A stretch of DNA of 63,732 nt, counting the filler, from a bacterium (GTDB lineage Bacteria > JAMOTN01): assembly GCA_027062325.1 (NCBI GenBank). It is 3 parts of 3 records of this genome, joined end to end, with 100 filler letters (N's around TTAATTAATTAA, not from the genome) between each part and the next. Parts side by side here need not be neighbours in the genome. Positions count along the whole stretch, not along the records: positions 39,518 to 63,732 come from JAMOTN010000062.1; 2 more parts are not named here. The stretch is one strand, 5' to 3'. Shown here in pieces: positions 47,231 through 57,133 of this stretch. Position 1 is the first letter of the stretch. Every line of letters begins with the position of its first letter. A program made the position numbers and the translations under genes. The notes beneath the pieces are model-generated. The model worked only from the letters and a program-made list of their open reading frames with translations, was not told where the DNA came from and did not search any database.

Positions 47231-49189
47231 ATGGCTGAGGCAGAAAAAGCTATACCCAAAGTCATAGGTTTTTTGTCGGGAAAGGGTGGTGTTGGAAAGA
47301 CACTCTTCTCTTCTATGTTTACTCGTTTTTTAACGGAGAGAGGATTTAAAGTATTGCATGTTGATGCGGATATTGATGCTCCTAATTCACGAGAAGGTTT
47401 GGAGCGTTTTTTTAAGCTCGAAAAGATTTCTCAAACTGAGATTTATAAATTCGTTCCTGAGTTTAATGACAATTGTAAAAGCTGTGGGAAATGCGTTTAT
47501 GCTTGTCAATTTGGAGCGTTGGTAAAACCACGTGGCGAAAAACCTGTGCTTTTGCCGACACTATGCCACTCTTGCAAGTTGTGTTTTAGGGTGTGCCCGT
47601 TTGGGGCAGTGGAGGATAAAAAAGTGCTAAGTGGTAGATTGACTCGTTATGCTCTGGAGCGTTCGGGAAGAAGAGTCGGAGAACTTGCCGAATTTTCGAT
47701 AATTGAAGGAGAACATATACTGGAGTTTGTAAAGCACGAATTTGAGGATTTTGTAAAAAAAGTAAAGAGTGGTAAGTTGTTAGATGATAAATTCAAAGAT
47801 TTAGACTTTGTTATAATAGATGGTCCAGCTGGCGTGTCTGAATTGACAGAGGCAGTAGCAGAACTTTCAGACTTGTTGGTTTTGGTTTATGAGGCAACAG
47901 TGTTTGGGGTTAGGAATTTGTACGATTTGCTTGCAGATATTTCAAAGGCGTTACCAAAGCCGGCTGTTTTTATTGAAAACAAGTCTTTGAATGCCTTCAA
48001 GAAAGATACTAAGGGAATGCTTCAGGCTTTTGTTGAATTCAGAGAAGATATTTTCCAGAAGTTGGCATTTTCAAGAAGGGATATATGGAATGAGATATTA
48101 AGTGATTTTGAACCGGTGTTTAAATTGTACGAGGAAATTTTGCAATATTTAGAACAGGAATTTCTGGGGATGACTTTTACAACTTTGCAGGCTTTTGAAA
48201 CAGTAAAGAGGGTTGTGAATGAACCAAGTTTTAAAGCTAAATTTCGAAATAGTGTAGCTGATGTTGTAAACCATGTGGAGAATCTTATTGCAGAAACCAC
48301 TCCCAATTTGAAAGAAAAATTGGAAGAGTTGGCCAGATGTGAAAGTGTGGCGGTAGCAGCAGGTAAAGGTGGTGCAGGGAAAAGCTTGGTTTCTCTCTGG
48401 TTGGCTAGTGTGAGAAAAGCAATATTAGTTGATGCAGATGTGGCAACCCCTTCTGTGGTTTTGATGGGAACCAAAGAGCAGAAGACTGAATTTTTAAGAA
48501 AAATTGTCCACAGTTTTAAAGTGAGTGTTGATGAGAAACATTGTAGAAGTTTTAATGGCCAATCTTGTAATGTATGTGGAGAGGTGTGTGAATTTGCAGC
48601 TATAAAAGAAGGAAGGGTTTTAGCAGGATGTGAGGGATGTGGTGCCTGTGTTGAGTTTTGTCCGGAAAAATGTATATCTCTTATTCCTGAGGGGGAGGCT
48701 GAGATTGCGAAATACATTGATACTTTGGGAAATATTAGAGAAGTAATAGCTGCCAGTGTGAAAAAGGCTTCGGGTTTGGGAAAAGTGGTGGATACTTTGG
48801 TCAATGAGGCTTTAGTTGAAAGTAGGAGAGTTGAAGGTGCTGTTGTGATTGATGCAACTGCTGGTACAAGCTGTCCTGTAATTTCTGCTATTAAAGCTTC
48901 AAGTGCAGTTGTGGTGGTAGTAGAAGCAAGTGAGGTTGGCTTTAAAGATGCAGCTCGCTTGATCGCTTCTTTGGATGTTTTATTTGATAAGAAAAATGTG
49001 TGGGTGTTGTTTAATAAACTTTCGAAAAAGGAAGTGGATAATTCAATAAGGGAAAAATTTGAAAACTTTTTGCACAGGTATTTTGAAAAACTGGGGAAAA
49101 ATACAGTCCCTACAATTCATTATCTTGGAGTTATTCCTATTTCTGAAGATTTGGTGCACTACAGTGGTAAGGTTACGCTCGCGTTTTAA
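47231..49189 (+). CDS. Tandem fusion of two MinD/ParA-type P-loop ATPases, each with a ferredoxin insert
   Basis: SGKGGVGKT and AGKGGAGKS, four Cys-cluster motifs, DGPAG and DATAGTSCPV. Confidence 0.85.
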   Translation: MAEAEKAIPKVIGFLSGKGGVGKTLFSSMFTRFLTERGFKVLHVDADIDAPNSREGLERFFKLEKISQTEIYKFVPEFNDNCKSCGKCVYACQFGALVKPRGEKPVLLPTLCHSCKLCFRVCPFGAVEDKKVLSGRLTRYALERSGRRVGELAEFSIIEGEHILEFVKHEFEDFVKKVKSGKLLDDKFKDLDFVIIDGPAGVSELTEAVAELSDLLVLVYEATVFGVRNLYDLLADISKALPKPAVFIENKSLNAFKKDTKGMLQAFVEFREDIFQKLAFSRRDIWNEILSDFEPVFKLYEEILQYLEQEFLGMTFTTLQAFETVKRVVNEPSFKAKFRNSVADVVNHVENLIAETTPNLKEKLEELARCESVAVAAGKGGAGKSLVSLWLASVRKAILVDADVATPSVVLMGTKEQKTEFLRKIVHSFKVSVDEKHCRSFNGQSCNVCGEVCEFAAIKEGRVLAGCEGCGACVEFCPEKCISLIPEGEAEIAKYIDTLGNIREVIAASVKKASGLGKVVDTLVNEALVESRRVEGAVVIDATAGTSCPVISAIKASSAVVVVVEASEVGFKDAARLIASLDVLFDKKNVWVLFNKLSKKEVDNSIREKFENFLHRYFEKLGKNTVPTIHYLGVIPISEDLVHYSGKVTLAF

Positions 49190-49191
49190 GT

Positions 49192-50220
49192 TTAGATACT
49201 CACTAACTTTCTATTGATGAAGTCGACCAGTTTTGTGTGTAAAACTTTATTTGATGCTATTACGATCGATGTGTGATTTTCAACCCGTGTGTCAAACAGT
49301 TTCATATCTGCAATATCTTTTCCATAAGCATCGGTTAATGGAATTCCAGCAGCCTTTGCTATGACATAGGAGGCAGCAACGTCGTATGGAAAAAGCCCCA
49401 ATACACTTCCCTTGCCGGCTTTTTTGAAGTCGTTAAGTGCTTCTGGTATGTCTCGTACAATTCTGTTTCCAACATCAACTACTGCATCAAGGTTGCCAAG
49501 CAGTACTTGAGAGAAGCACCAGCTTAAGCTATTTATGGTGAAGAAAGCTCCTGATGCAGATGAAGAGTCTATTAATTCTCCTAGAATATTAGTAATCCAC
49601 TTTACAGGGCGGCCTACCAGACCTATTTCCCAAAACATATTTTCGAAGCTTGTGGTTTTGGAAAGAGGAAGAGTAGATGGATTATCTATGGTGTTTCCAG
49701 ATTTTAAGAAAGTTAAACGAAATTCTCCCTCTTCAGATGCCCATATGCAAAATTCTAGATTCAAATCTACCAAACATCCCTCTTTTATGTTTTTCAAAGT
49801 TAGAGTTTTTAGCTCATTGATTCCGTCCAATTCGATCAGGGCGACAGATACACAAGCAAAGCCAAATCCAGCTGCTGCTGGACGCGTTCCGTCAATTGGA
49901 TCTACTAAAAGGGCAATATTGGGGGTATTAGAGCCTTCTAGCATGAGCAGAGCTTTATCTTCTGTGTAAAGGATTGCTTCTGGAAAAAAGAGTTGGCGAG
50001 CTTCTTTGGTCAACTTTTCGGCCCATTCATCTATTCCATAGGTCATATCGCCGCTTTCTGCTTTTTTGAAAGCATGACGAAGTGATGTGAATTGCGCTTT
50101 GTTGCCTGAGAATGCTGCAAACTTTGCTTCATTGAATTTCTCCTTGACATTGTAAGCAATATAAAATGTGAATTTTTCAAGAGGGGTTTTGAAATCATGA
50201 TAAAGTTGAATATTGTTCAT
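49192..50220 (-). CDS. Inositol monophosphatase / FBPase family protein
   Basis: GDMTYGID, TED, VDPIDGT and YDVAA. Confidence 0.88.
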   Translation of the reverse strand: MNNIQLYHDFKTPLEKFTFYIAYNVKEKFNEAKFAAFSGNKAQFTSLRHAFKKAESGDMTYGIDEWAEKLTKEARQLFFPEAILYTEDKALLMLEGSNTPNIALLVDPIDGTRPAAAGFGFACVSVALIELDGINELKTLTLKNIKEGCLVDLNLEFCIWASEEGEFRLTFLKSGNTIDNPSTLPLSKTTSFENMFWEIGLVGRPVKWITNILGELIDSSSASGAFFTINSLSWCFSQVLLGNLDAVVDVGNRIVRDIPEALNDFKKAGKGSVLGLFPYDVAASYVIAKAAGIPLTDAYGKDIADMKLFDTRVENHTSIVIASNKVLHTKLVDFINRKLVSI

Positions 50221-50325
50221 ACCGTACACTCCTTTTCCTTTTTTACTCCACAAATAATTATACACTCTTAAAACTTACCTACCCCTTCCCGAAAAAGGAT
50301 TGAGAATGTGAAGGAGGCAAGGAGT

Positions 50326-50997
50326 ATGGAGAGGAAGCAAGGAAAGTTCATAAAAGTTGCCTTATTGATAGCGGTGCTAGGTGGAATGTTCATGCTGATG
50401 GGCTTCAGTGTTAAAAAGGTTTCTTTGATAGAAGCTGTTCTTAAAACTAATGCAGCTGTTAAGGGGATAAACGATGTGGCTTTGCGTAGTATGACAAGGG
50501 TTGGATGGAATTTCAGAGTTTTGAAAACTTCCTCGTGGGGTAGAAGACAAGAATATGTGTTGAGCTGGTGGAATAGACAGTTTTACTTGTCTTCTCCCAA
50601 GGTGGAGAATAAGATTCCAAAGTTTAGTGAATTCCTGCAAACTTCGTATGCTATGTTAAAGAACATCAGAGAAGCTTATGTAGGCTCAAATGAGTTGACA
50701 GGTGAGAAATGTGCAGTGTTTCTTTTCAAACAGGGTGCAATTCAGCCACTAGTTGATGTTTACAAGGCTTTGGCAGGGATGAGTGCTGAGGTTGAGGCAG
50801 TATCTTACAAGGGGAGGGTGATTTTGAACTTTGAAGGAAAAGAAAAAGGATTCGCAATTTTCTACAAAAATGCGGTGGTTGTGGCTTATTCATCTGAGGT
50901 TGCACAAAGTTTTCAGGCGCTGGATGGGGTATTGAAGGTGGATATGCCTAAACTATCCACTTATTCGCGCGTGAAAGTGTTTGATATGGATGTGTAG
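50326..50997 (+). CDS. Hypothetical exported protein
   Basis: N-terminal hydrophobic signal. No family recognised. Confidence 0.65.
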   Translation: MERKQGKFIKVALLIAVLGGMFMLMGFSVKKVSLIEAVLKTNAAVKGINDVALRSMTRVGWNFRVLKTSSWGRRQEYVLSWWNRQFYLSSPKVENKIPKFSEFLQTSYAMLKNIREAYVGSNELTGEKCAVFLFKQGAIQPLVDVYKALAGMSAEVEAVSYKGRVILNFEGKEKGFAIFYKNAVVVAYSSEVAQSFQALDGVLKVDMPKLSTYSRVKVFDMDV

Positions 50998-51016
50998 TTA
51001 TAGTTAAAGTGAATGC

Positions 51017-52000
51017 TTACAGCAAACAAAAAGTTTTTATTAAATTGATCATTTCTTTGTACTCTATAGCTTCGCCGTGATCAGCGCCTTTGCACTTTGT
51101 AAAGTGAAAGAGACTGCCTAGGTTTGCTCTGAATACTTCAACTGCATCTTTTAAATAGTGGCATGGAGTTCTGCTGTCTGTTTCTGAGCAAAATATGAAA
51201 AGGTGTGTGCCATGTTGCTTTAAAATTTCGGAGTTTTCCTTTGGGAAAAGTCCCCAAGAAAGCGATGGTGTTAAGTAGTAAGAGGGCAGTTTGGATGATA
51301 CTGTTTTTTCTAAATGAGTACCAGTGCTGACTAATTTCCACAAAATTTTATACAGGTAGCAGGCAGTATCTCCTGCTATCTCGAACTTCAATTTTAGTAC
51401 TTCTGTGGCATAGTGGCGAATCACTGTTTTGATGTTGTTGAATGGGGCTTCTGCAAATACTGCTTTTACCTTGATTCCAAGTTTATCGAGGCACGCGGCT
51501 AGGTTGACAGCAATATCTGCTCCTACGGAAAAGCCCAAAATTTTCAAGGGGAGGTTATCCAGTTTGTACGATTCTCTAAGTTTGAGAAAAGAGTTTAGAA
51601 CTGCTGCAGTTTCAACAGGGCCAAATGAAAAGAAAGGTGGATTGTCAGAGAGTCCGTGCTTTGGAAGGTCAACCAGGATGAAAATCGAATTTGTGGCGAA
51701 TTTATTCATCAAATTCACAGTGAAAAGCATGTTTTTTGAACTTTTTCCCCATCCGTGAATGACGAGTATAACTTGGCAAGGGTTAGCTTCAGGTGTTGCA
51801 ATAGCAAAATTGATGCCATTTATTTTTACAAATTTTACATTGTGGCTTGTTATTTTGATCTCGTCTTTTTTATAAGTTTCTCCTGGTATTATTGAAAAAG
51901 TAATGAAGCTACTCAGAGAGAAAGTTAAGATGGAGGCTACTATTAGTAGGGTTATTATGTATAGGGCATTTAAGACTATTTTTAGTGTGTTGCTGCTCAT
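51017..52000 (-). CDS. Membrane-anchored alpha/beta hydrolase
   Basis: HGWG, DLPKHGLS, GFSVG nucleophile elbow, DSRTP and GADH. Confidence 0.85.
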   Translation of the reverse strand: MSSNTLKIVLNALYIITLLIVASILTFSLSSFITFSIIPGETYKKDEIKITSHNVKFVKINGINFAIATPEANPCQVILVIHGWGKSSKNMLFTVNLMNKFATNSIFILVDLPKHGLSDNPPFFSFGPVETAAVLNSFLKLRESYKLDNLPLKILGFSVGADIAVNLAACLDKLGIKVKAVFAEAPFNNIKTVIRHYATEVLKLKFEIAGDTACYLYKILWKLVSTGTHLEKTVSSKLPSYYLTPSLSWGLFPKENSEILKQHGTHLFIFCSETDSRTPCHYLKDAVEVFRANLGSLFHFTKCKGADHGEAIEYKEMINLIKTFCLL

Positions 52001-52153
52001 TTTACCTCCCCCCTTAACATTTGCCAAATTCTCTTTGTTGTTTGTCTTGATGGTAAAATAATTATACAGTATGAAGTGGAGTGGGATTGGTTGGTTTGCT
52101 AAATCTTATAAATGTGCAAGCGTGTGTAAAATGTGGTAAAAGGGGGTATTTGG

Positions 52154-52444
52154 ATGGTCAGTAAGGAGGAGATAAAAAAGATTGCTTCTCTTTCTCAACT
52201 TGATGCAGATGAGAAACTGCTGGAACAGGTTCAGAAAATTTTGAACTTTGTTAAAGAGATTGAAAAATTTGAGCTTGATGTGGATAGCACTGAGGAGTTC
52301 TACACTGCACGTTCCAAATGGCGTGATGATGAGGTGTTATCTCCAGTTGAAAGGTTTAATGTGGATAGCGAGAAGTTGATAGATACATTTCCAGAAAAGC
52401 AGGACCGTTTCCTAAGAGTGCCGCATATTCTAAGAAAGGAGTGA
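52154..52444 (+). CDS. gatC: Asp/Glu-tRNA amidotransferase subunit C
   Basis: SKEEIKKIASLSQL...ILNFV...WRDD...FLRVPHIL. Confidence 0.85.
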   Translation: MVSKEEIKKIASLSQLDADEKLLEQVQKILNFVKEIEKFELDVDSTEEFYTARSKWRDDEVLSPVERFNVDSEKLIDTFPEKQDRFLRVPHILRKE

Positions 52445-52449
52445 ATTTA

Positions 52450-53553
52450 ATGGGTTTCAAATGTGGAATAGTGGGGCTTCCGAATGTTGGAAAGTCTACG
52501 TTATTCAATGCACTTGTTGCTTCATCGCATGCTGAGGCTGCCAATTATCCATTTTGCACTATTGATCCGAACGTAGGAATAGTTGAAGTGCCGGATGAAA
52601 GACTTTACAAAATTGCCGAACTTGAAAAGTCTGCTAAAATCACTCCAACAGTCATAGAGTTTGTTGATATTGCGGGATTAGTGCGAGGGGCGAGTAAAGG
52701 AGAAGGACTGGGAAATCAGTTTTTAGCTCATATACGTGAGGTTGATGCGATAGCAGAGGTTGTGCGATGCTTTGAGAATGAGGATATAGTGCATGTTGAT
52801 GGGAGCGTAGATCCAGTACGTGATGCAGAGACAATAAATCTTGAGTTGATAATGAAGGATTTAGAGACGGTAGATAAGAGAATTGATAGAGCCCAAAGGA
52901 AGGCAAACAGTGGAGATAAGGAAGCTAAGAAAGAGATGGAGGCTCTTGAAGAGCTGAAGTCTCACCTTGAAGCGGAAAGGCGGATCTGGGTTGTGAAGGA
53001 TGAGTTGTCAGAGAATGCCTGGCGTCTTGCGAAGGAGCTTTTTCTGTTGACGGGTAAGCCTTTGATGTACATAGCCAACGTCTCAGAGGAGGCACTTATT
53101 GAGGATAACGAGTACGTAAGGAGATTACGTGAACTTGCTTCTAAAGAAAAGGCTGAGGTTGTAAAGGTTTGTGCCAAGGTGGAGGAAGAGTTGAATGAGC
53201 TTGATGCAGAGGAGAAGAGAGAATTTTTAAAGGAACTTGGTTTGGAAGAGCCGGGACTTAACTCAGTTATCAGGGCAGGTTACAAACTTTTGGATTTAAT
53301 TACATTTTTCACGGCTGGACCCAAGGAAACACGTGCTTGGACTGTGAAAAGAGGAGCAACAGCTCCAGAGGCTGCGGGGCGAATACATACTGATATGCAG
53401 CGTGGATTTATAAAAGCTGAGGTTGTTTCTTACGATGACTTTATACGTTGTGGTTCGTGGAATGCGTGTCGTGAAAAAGGCTTGATAAGGCTTGAAGGAA
53501 AGGATTATGTGGTTCAAGATGGAGATATTATGTATTTCAAGTTCAACGTTTGA
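52450..53553 (+). CDS. ychF: Ribosome-binding ATPase YchF
   Basis: GIVGLPNVGKSTLFN, NYPFCTIDPN, DIAGLV and a TGS-like C-terminus. Confidence 0.97.
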   Translation: MGFKCGIVGLPNVGKSTLFNALVASSHAEAANYPFCTIDPNVGIVEVPDERLYKIAELEKSAKITPTVIEFVDIAGLVRGASKGEGLGNQFLAHIREVDAIAEVVRCFENEDIVHVDGSVDPVRDAETINLELIMKDLETVDKRIDRAQRKANSGDKEAKKEMEALEELKSHLEAERRIWVVKDELSENAWRLAKELFLLTGKPLMYIANVSEEALIEDNEYVRRLRELASKEKAEVVKVCAKVEEELNELDAEEKREFLKELGLEEPGLNSVIRAGYKLLDLITFFTAGPKETRAWTVKRGATAPEAAGRIHTDMQRGFIKAEVVSYDDFIRCGSWNACREKGLIRLEGKDYVVQDGDIMYFKFNV

Positions 53554-53589
53554 TAGGGGGGATGAGAACTGTCTGAGGGCGTTTGCGTA

Positions 53590-54825
53590 GTGTATGTTGT
53601 CTTTGCTTTTTTTGTAGGGATGGGTATTGGAATTTTGACAACGTGGTTTTATTTTATAAAACGGTTGGAACGTGAACGTGATGAGGCATTACTGCGTCAA
53701 GAGGGGGCTTTGAAATTACTTACGGATAAAATAGAAAGTTTGCAAGAGTTTACCAAAGCTTTGAATGAGGAAGAGAGAAAACTTTCCGATGAGAGAACGG
53801 AGAAGTTAAAGGAGGTTTTGGACAATACATCACGGGCTTTAATATCGAATGTTACTTCAAACTTTTCTCAGGTTTCAAAAAATTTTAATGAGGCCTTTTC
53901 TCGTTCTCTTGAAAGGTTTTCGGGTGAGTTTCAGCGTTTATTTTCAACGATTGACAAACTTCTTGCTGATAATCGTTCTTCTTTGAAGGAGTTTTCAGAA
54001 GCGAATCTTGAGAAGGTGAATGAAACGGGAAAACTTATTAGAGAGCAGCTTGATCACATGAGTCGGATGGTTGAAGAGATGAATCGTGTATTTTCTGACT
54101 TTACACGGTTTGTAAGCGGGACTAAAAGACGGGGAAAGAGTGGAGAGAATATGCTCGCTGATGTTTTGAGGCCGGCGATTGAAGCGGGGCTCGTAGTTCG
54201 TAACTTCAAAGTGGGGAGTAAGGAAGTTGAATTTGCATGGAAAGTTACGGAATCTAGGTTTATACCCATAGATGTTAAGTTTTTTGAGGTTGAGTTGTCT
54301 CGACTTGAAGGAGCTGATAATGATTCCAAAGAGTTTGCTCGGGTTCTTTCTGAGGTGAAGAAAAAACTTAAAAATGAAATAGAGAATGTGAGAAAATATG
54401 CTAATCAACCTAATACTACGAAAGAAGTGATATTAGTTGTCCCAAGCTATATTCTGGATCTAGTGCCAGAAGTTATAGCCTCTGCTAGAAATATTGGAGT
54501 TTTAGTTTGTAGTTACAGGGAAGTGGTGCTGATTGCAGCAACTGTGGCTCAGTATGAAAGGGCAATTGAAGAGCTGGGAGATGTTGGCGTTTACAAAGAA
54601 GTGGCTGATAATTATCGCAAAGCACTTGAGGAGATAATTGAAATGGTGCAGCGTTTTTCACGTATAGCAAAACAGATAGAGAATGCAGCAGATAAGATAT
54701 TTAAGAGGGCAGAAGGAGCGTTAAGATTTGACAGAGTTAGTAATAAAGCACTTACTACGGATATTGGAATAAAACAAGGGGGACTCTTCAACGACCCAAA
54801 TAGTGAAAATTCAGAGTCCCCCTGA
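53590..54825 (+). CDS. rmuC: RmuC family protein
   Basis: N-terminal TM helix, coiled coil, KRRGKSGE and IPIDVKF nuclease-like motif. Confidence 0.82.
   Translation: MYVVFAFFVGMGIGILTTWFYFIKRLERERDEALLRQEGALKLLTDKIESLQEFTKALNEEERKLSDERTEKLKEVLDNTSRALISNVTSNFSQVSKNFNEAFSRSLERFSGEFQRLFSTIDKLLADNRSSLKEFSEANLEKVNETGKLIREQLDHMSRMVEEMNRVFSDFTRFVSGTKRRGKSGENMLADVLRPAIEAGLVVRNFKVGSKEVEFAWKVTESRFIPIDVKFFEVELSRLEGADNDSKEFARVLSEVKKKLKNEIENVRKYANQPNTTKEVILVVPSYILDLVPEVIASARNIGVLVCSYREVVLIAATVAQYERAIEELGDVGVYKEVADNYRKALEEIIEMVQRFSRIAKQIENAADKIFKRAEGALRFDRVSNKALTTDIGIKQGGLFNDPNSENSESP
54771..54823 (-). terminator. Hairpin between convergent genes, probable terminator of the AIM24-family gene
   Basis: AGGGGGACTCT (54777-54787) and AGAGTCCCCCT (54813-54823) form an inverted repeat, with a T-rich tail on the minus strand. 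Confidence 0.55.
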
Positions 54826-54853
54826 AGTGATTTTTAGTGGTGATCTAATACAG

Positions 54854-55525
54854 TTAAGAGTTGATGTTCAAGGCTTGTTTAATCCACCCTAAAAAGGTGC
54901 TCTGATCTCGTGTTTGGTAGATAATCTTTCCGGGACCTGTAAATCTGAAAACGAGTCCTTCTCCAGAGAAAATTGAGGAGAATATACCTTTGGCAACTTT
55001 ACCTATTTCCATTGAGACGCCTTCTGTTTTTGCAACAAAATTCCCAGTGTCGATAACCACGCTCTCGCCGGGGCCAAGTTCTATCATCTTAAGATCACCC
55101 ATTGCTGATAAGATTACAGGCCCGGTGCCTGAAAAACTCAGCATAAATAATCCTTCACCACCAATCCAGGATGTTATGCCTCCTATTTTTGTAGAAGACA
55201 TATCTACAGTGCCTGCGCGTGCTACAAAGGCACCACTTTGAGCATTCCAACCTTCAGAAGCTTCTATAACCATCATATCTCCTAATACGGGTGTGGTAAT
55301 TTCAATCCATGCCCCTTTACTCTGGGCAGTGTAGTAAGTCTGAAAAAAGCTCTCACCCCCAAAGAACATTCTGGCTAGTCCAGATAAGATGCCTCCTGAT
55401 TTTGCCTGAATGTCAAATTCTCCCTGATATGCAACCATTGCTCCGCTTTCAGCTATTAGGACTTCTCCGGGGTCCATAGACACGTGAGCAATTGGAAAAC
55501 GGGTTCCTTCAATTTTAATATCCAT
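54854..55525 (-). CDS. AIM24 / TIGR00266 family protein
   Basis: AESGAMV, GGESFF, GGEGLF, SGEGLV and GPGKIIYQTR. Confidence 0.92.
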   Translation of the reverse strand: MDIKIEGTRFPIAHVSMDPGEVLIAESGAMVAYQGEFDIQAKSGGILSGLARMFFGGESFFQTYYTAQSKGAWIEITTPVLGDMMVIEASEGWNAQSGAFVARAGTVDMSSTKIGGITSWIGGEGLFMLSFSGTGPVILSAMGDLKMIELGPGESVVIDTGNFVAKTEGVSMEIGKVAKGIFSSIFSGEGLVFRFTGPGKIIYQTRDQSTFLGWIKQALNINS

Positions 55526-55611
55526 TTTTATCCCTCCTCTGAAAAATTGTGAAGACGATTATACATGTTGAATTATAAAAAAAATGTTAAGTGTTGCGCA
55601 TTATGTGTTCT

Positions 55612-56604
55612 TTAAGTTAAAGCTGCCTCTATCCTTAAAATTGTTTGAGCAGAGGTAGGCCCTGGTTTATCGTGTTGAATATGAACAAATGGAATTTTTA
55701 ACTCATCTGCCAGTTCCTGCCACAAAACTTTTTCCCCTTCTCTGTAGCAGAAGTCTTGACTGTAGAAAATGATGCCTTCTATTTCGCGAGTTTTTAGCTG
55801 TTTTTTTACCTCCTGATAGCGAAATTGATATGATGCTGGGTATGTGAAGAGAAGATACTGCTCAACTATTGAATCTGCCTCTTTGAATAGAGCAAACTCT
55901 TCAGGGGTTTCAAAATAACAAACTATGAGATCACGTTCTTTTAGAACTTGCCATAAATCCGATTGAATCGGAGGTACTCCTAAAAAAGCAATACGTTTTC
56001 CAGTTGCAGGTAAAGAATTTTCTACTGCTATCTTAACAGTTTTTAGTTGATCATCTTTGAAGTACAGTGGATCACTTGCTGTTAGAAATGCTACGAAAAA
56101 GTCGTCGAAGTTAGCGACTCCCTCTGTATAAGTAGCCTGGGCTTTTTTGAGAGATTGGCGTAAATTATTACGTTCTTCCCAGCGTTCAGTCAATTCAGAA
56201 AAAGAAAATTGAAATAAATTAGCAAATTTTTCTAGCTCTCTTTGTAAGAGCTTTTTTTCTTCAAAGTAGAGGAAACGTATTACTTTACTAAAATTTTCTA
56301 TTAAATAGGCCATTACCTTACTGTTTGCGCAATCGCCCAGTTCTACGGCTATGAATCCAGCAAGTAGGTTGTTGGAATGAAGAAGGTGAGCTACGCTAAA
56401 AATTCCCTTGATCCAAGAACAGTAAGCCATTGGGAAAGTGATTTCACCATTTAGGGTTAGTTGGTATGGAGAAATTCCAAGTATTGAGTCTGCGTTTATG
56501 AATAGGTTGTTAGCATCTGCTCCTCTAACTCCTGCGTCGTTTTCAAAACGTTTAAATATCTCAAGTGGGACTGTAGTGTTAAATATCCAGAGTTTCTCGT
56601 TCAT
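55612..56604 (-). CDS. 2-hydroxyacyl-CoA dehydratase subunit (HgdB/FldC-like)
   Basis: TTVPLE, CSWIKG, GDCAN, LGVPPI, QDFCYR and LRIEA. Confidence 0.8.
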   Translation of the reverse strand: MNEKLWIFNTTVPLEIFKRFENDAGVRGADANNLFINADSILGISPYQLTLNGEITFPMAYCSWIKGIFSVAHLLHSNNLLAGFIAVELGDCANSKVMAYLIENFSKVIRFLYFEEKKLLQRELEKFANLFQFSFSELTERWEERNNLRQSLKKAQATYTEGVANFDDFFVAFLTASDPLYFKDDQLKTVKIAVENSLPATGKRIAFLGVPPIQSDLWQVLKERDLIVCYFETPEEFALFKEADSIVEQYLLFTYPASYQFRYQEVKKQLKTREIEGIIFYSQDFCYREGEKVLWQELADELKIPFVHIQHDKPGPTSAQTILRIEAALT

Positions 56605-56884
56605 GGCTCGTCATTCTCCAATTGGTGCGGAGATATCCATGTTATTATGGAGGCATGTTTTAGCGGTTTAAAACGCCTTCTTTGAAATTTTTCTACTAAA
56701 TTTGCAACTTTACATGCACTATCCTGTGGAACTATTATTAGCGGTTGAGCGTATGTGGCTGTTTTTAGGGAATGAATGAGAGTATCTTTGATTATTTGGC
56801 GAATAGAGATTAGTTTGTCCATAGTATGAAAATTTTACAATTTTGTTAAAAAATGTGTCAAGAAAGAAGGGAATAAAAATTTTA

Positions 56885-56904
56885 TATGTCAATATTTTGA
56901 CATA
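56885..56904. promoter_or_regulatory. Palindromic site TATGTCAA-TATT-TTGACATA (enhancer-binding protein UAS-like)
   Basis: Perfect 8-bp inverted repeat that also fits TGT-N10-ACA. Confidence 0.6.
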
Positions 56905-56981
56905 GTTTATTAGAGTGCGTTTTAAAAATCCTTGTTGGAAGGGTTTTGGAATGAGAGGTGAAGAATTAGATTACTTTTTAA

Positions 56982-56999
56982 ATGTCAAAAAGTTGACGT
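56982..56999. promoter_or_regulatory. Second palindromic site ATGTCAA-AAAG-TTGACGT
   Basis: Same GTCAA-N4-TTGAC core, 96 bp downstream of the first. Confidence 0.55.
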
Positions 57000-57038
57000 C
57001 ATAAGTTAATTTATCGATTAAATCGGAATTAATTAGAA

Positions 57039-57055
57039 TAGGAACAGATTTTGCA
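57039..57055 (+). promoter_or_regulatory. Sigma54 (-24/-12) promoter for the giant surface protein
   Basis: TAGGAACAGATTTTGCA, with GG at 57041-57042 and GC at 57053-57054 (N10 spacing). Confidence 0.6.
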
Positions 57056-57133
57056 ATAATAAAAAACGAGGAGGTTTATGTCTGGAGTTGGGAAGAAATT
57101 TTGAAAAGGGAGAATGTGATTGGAGGGGTTGGA

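Noticed and set aside
56601-56822. 73-aa minus-strand ORF overlapping the dehydratase start
   Set aside because: The 4-bp overlap is suggestive, but there is no RBS or recognisable motif, so it cannot be supported.
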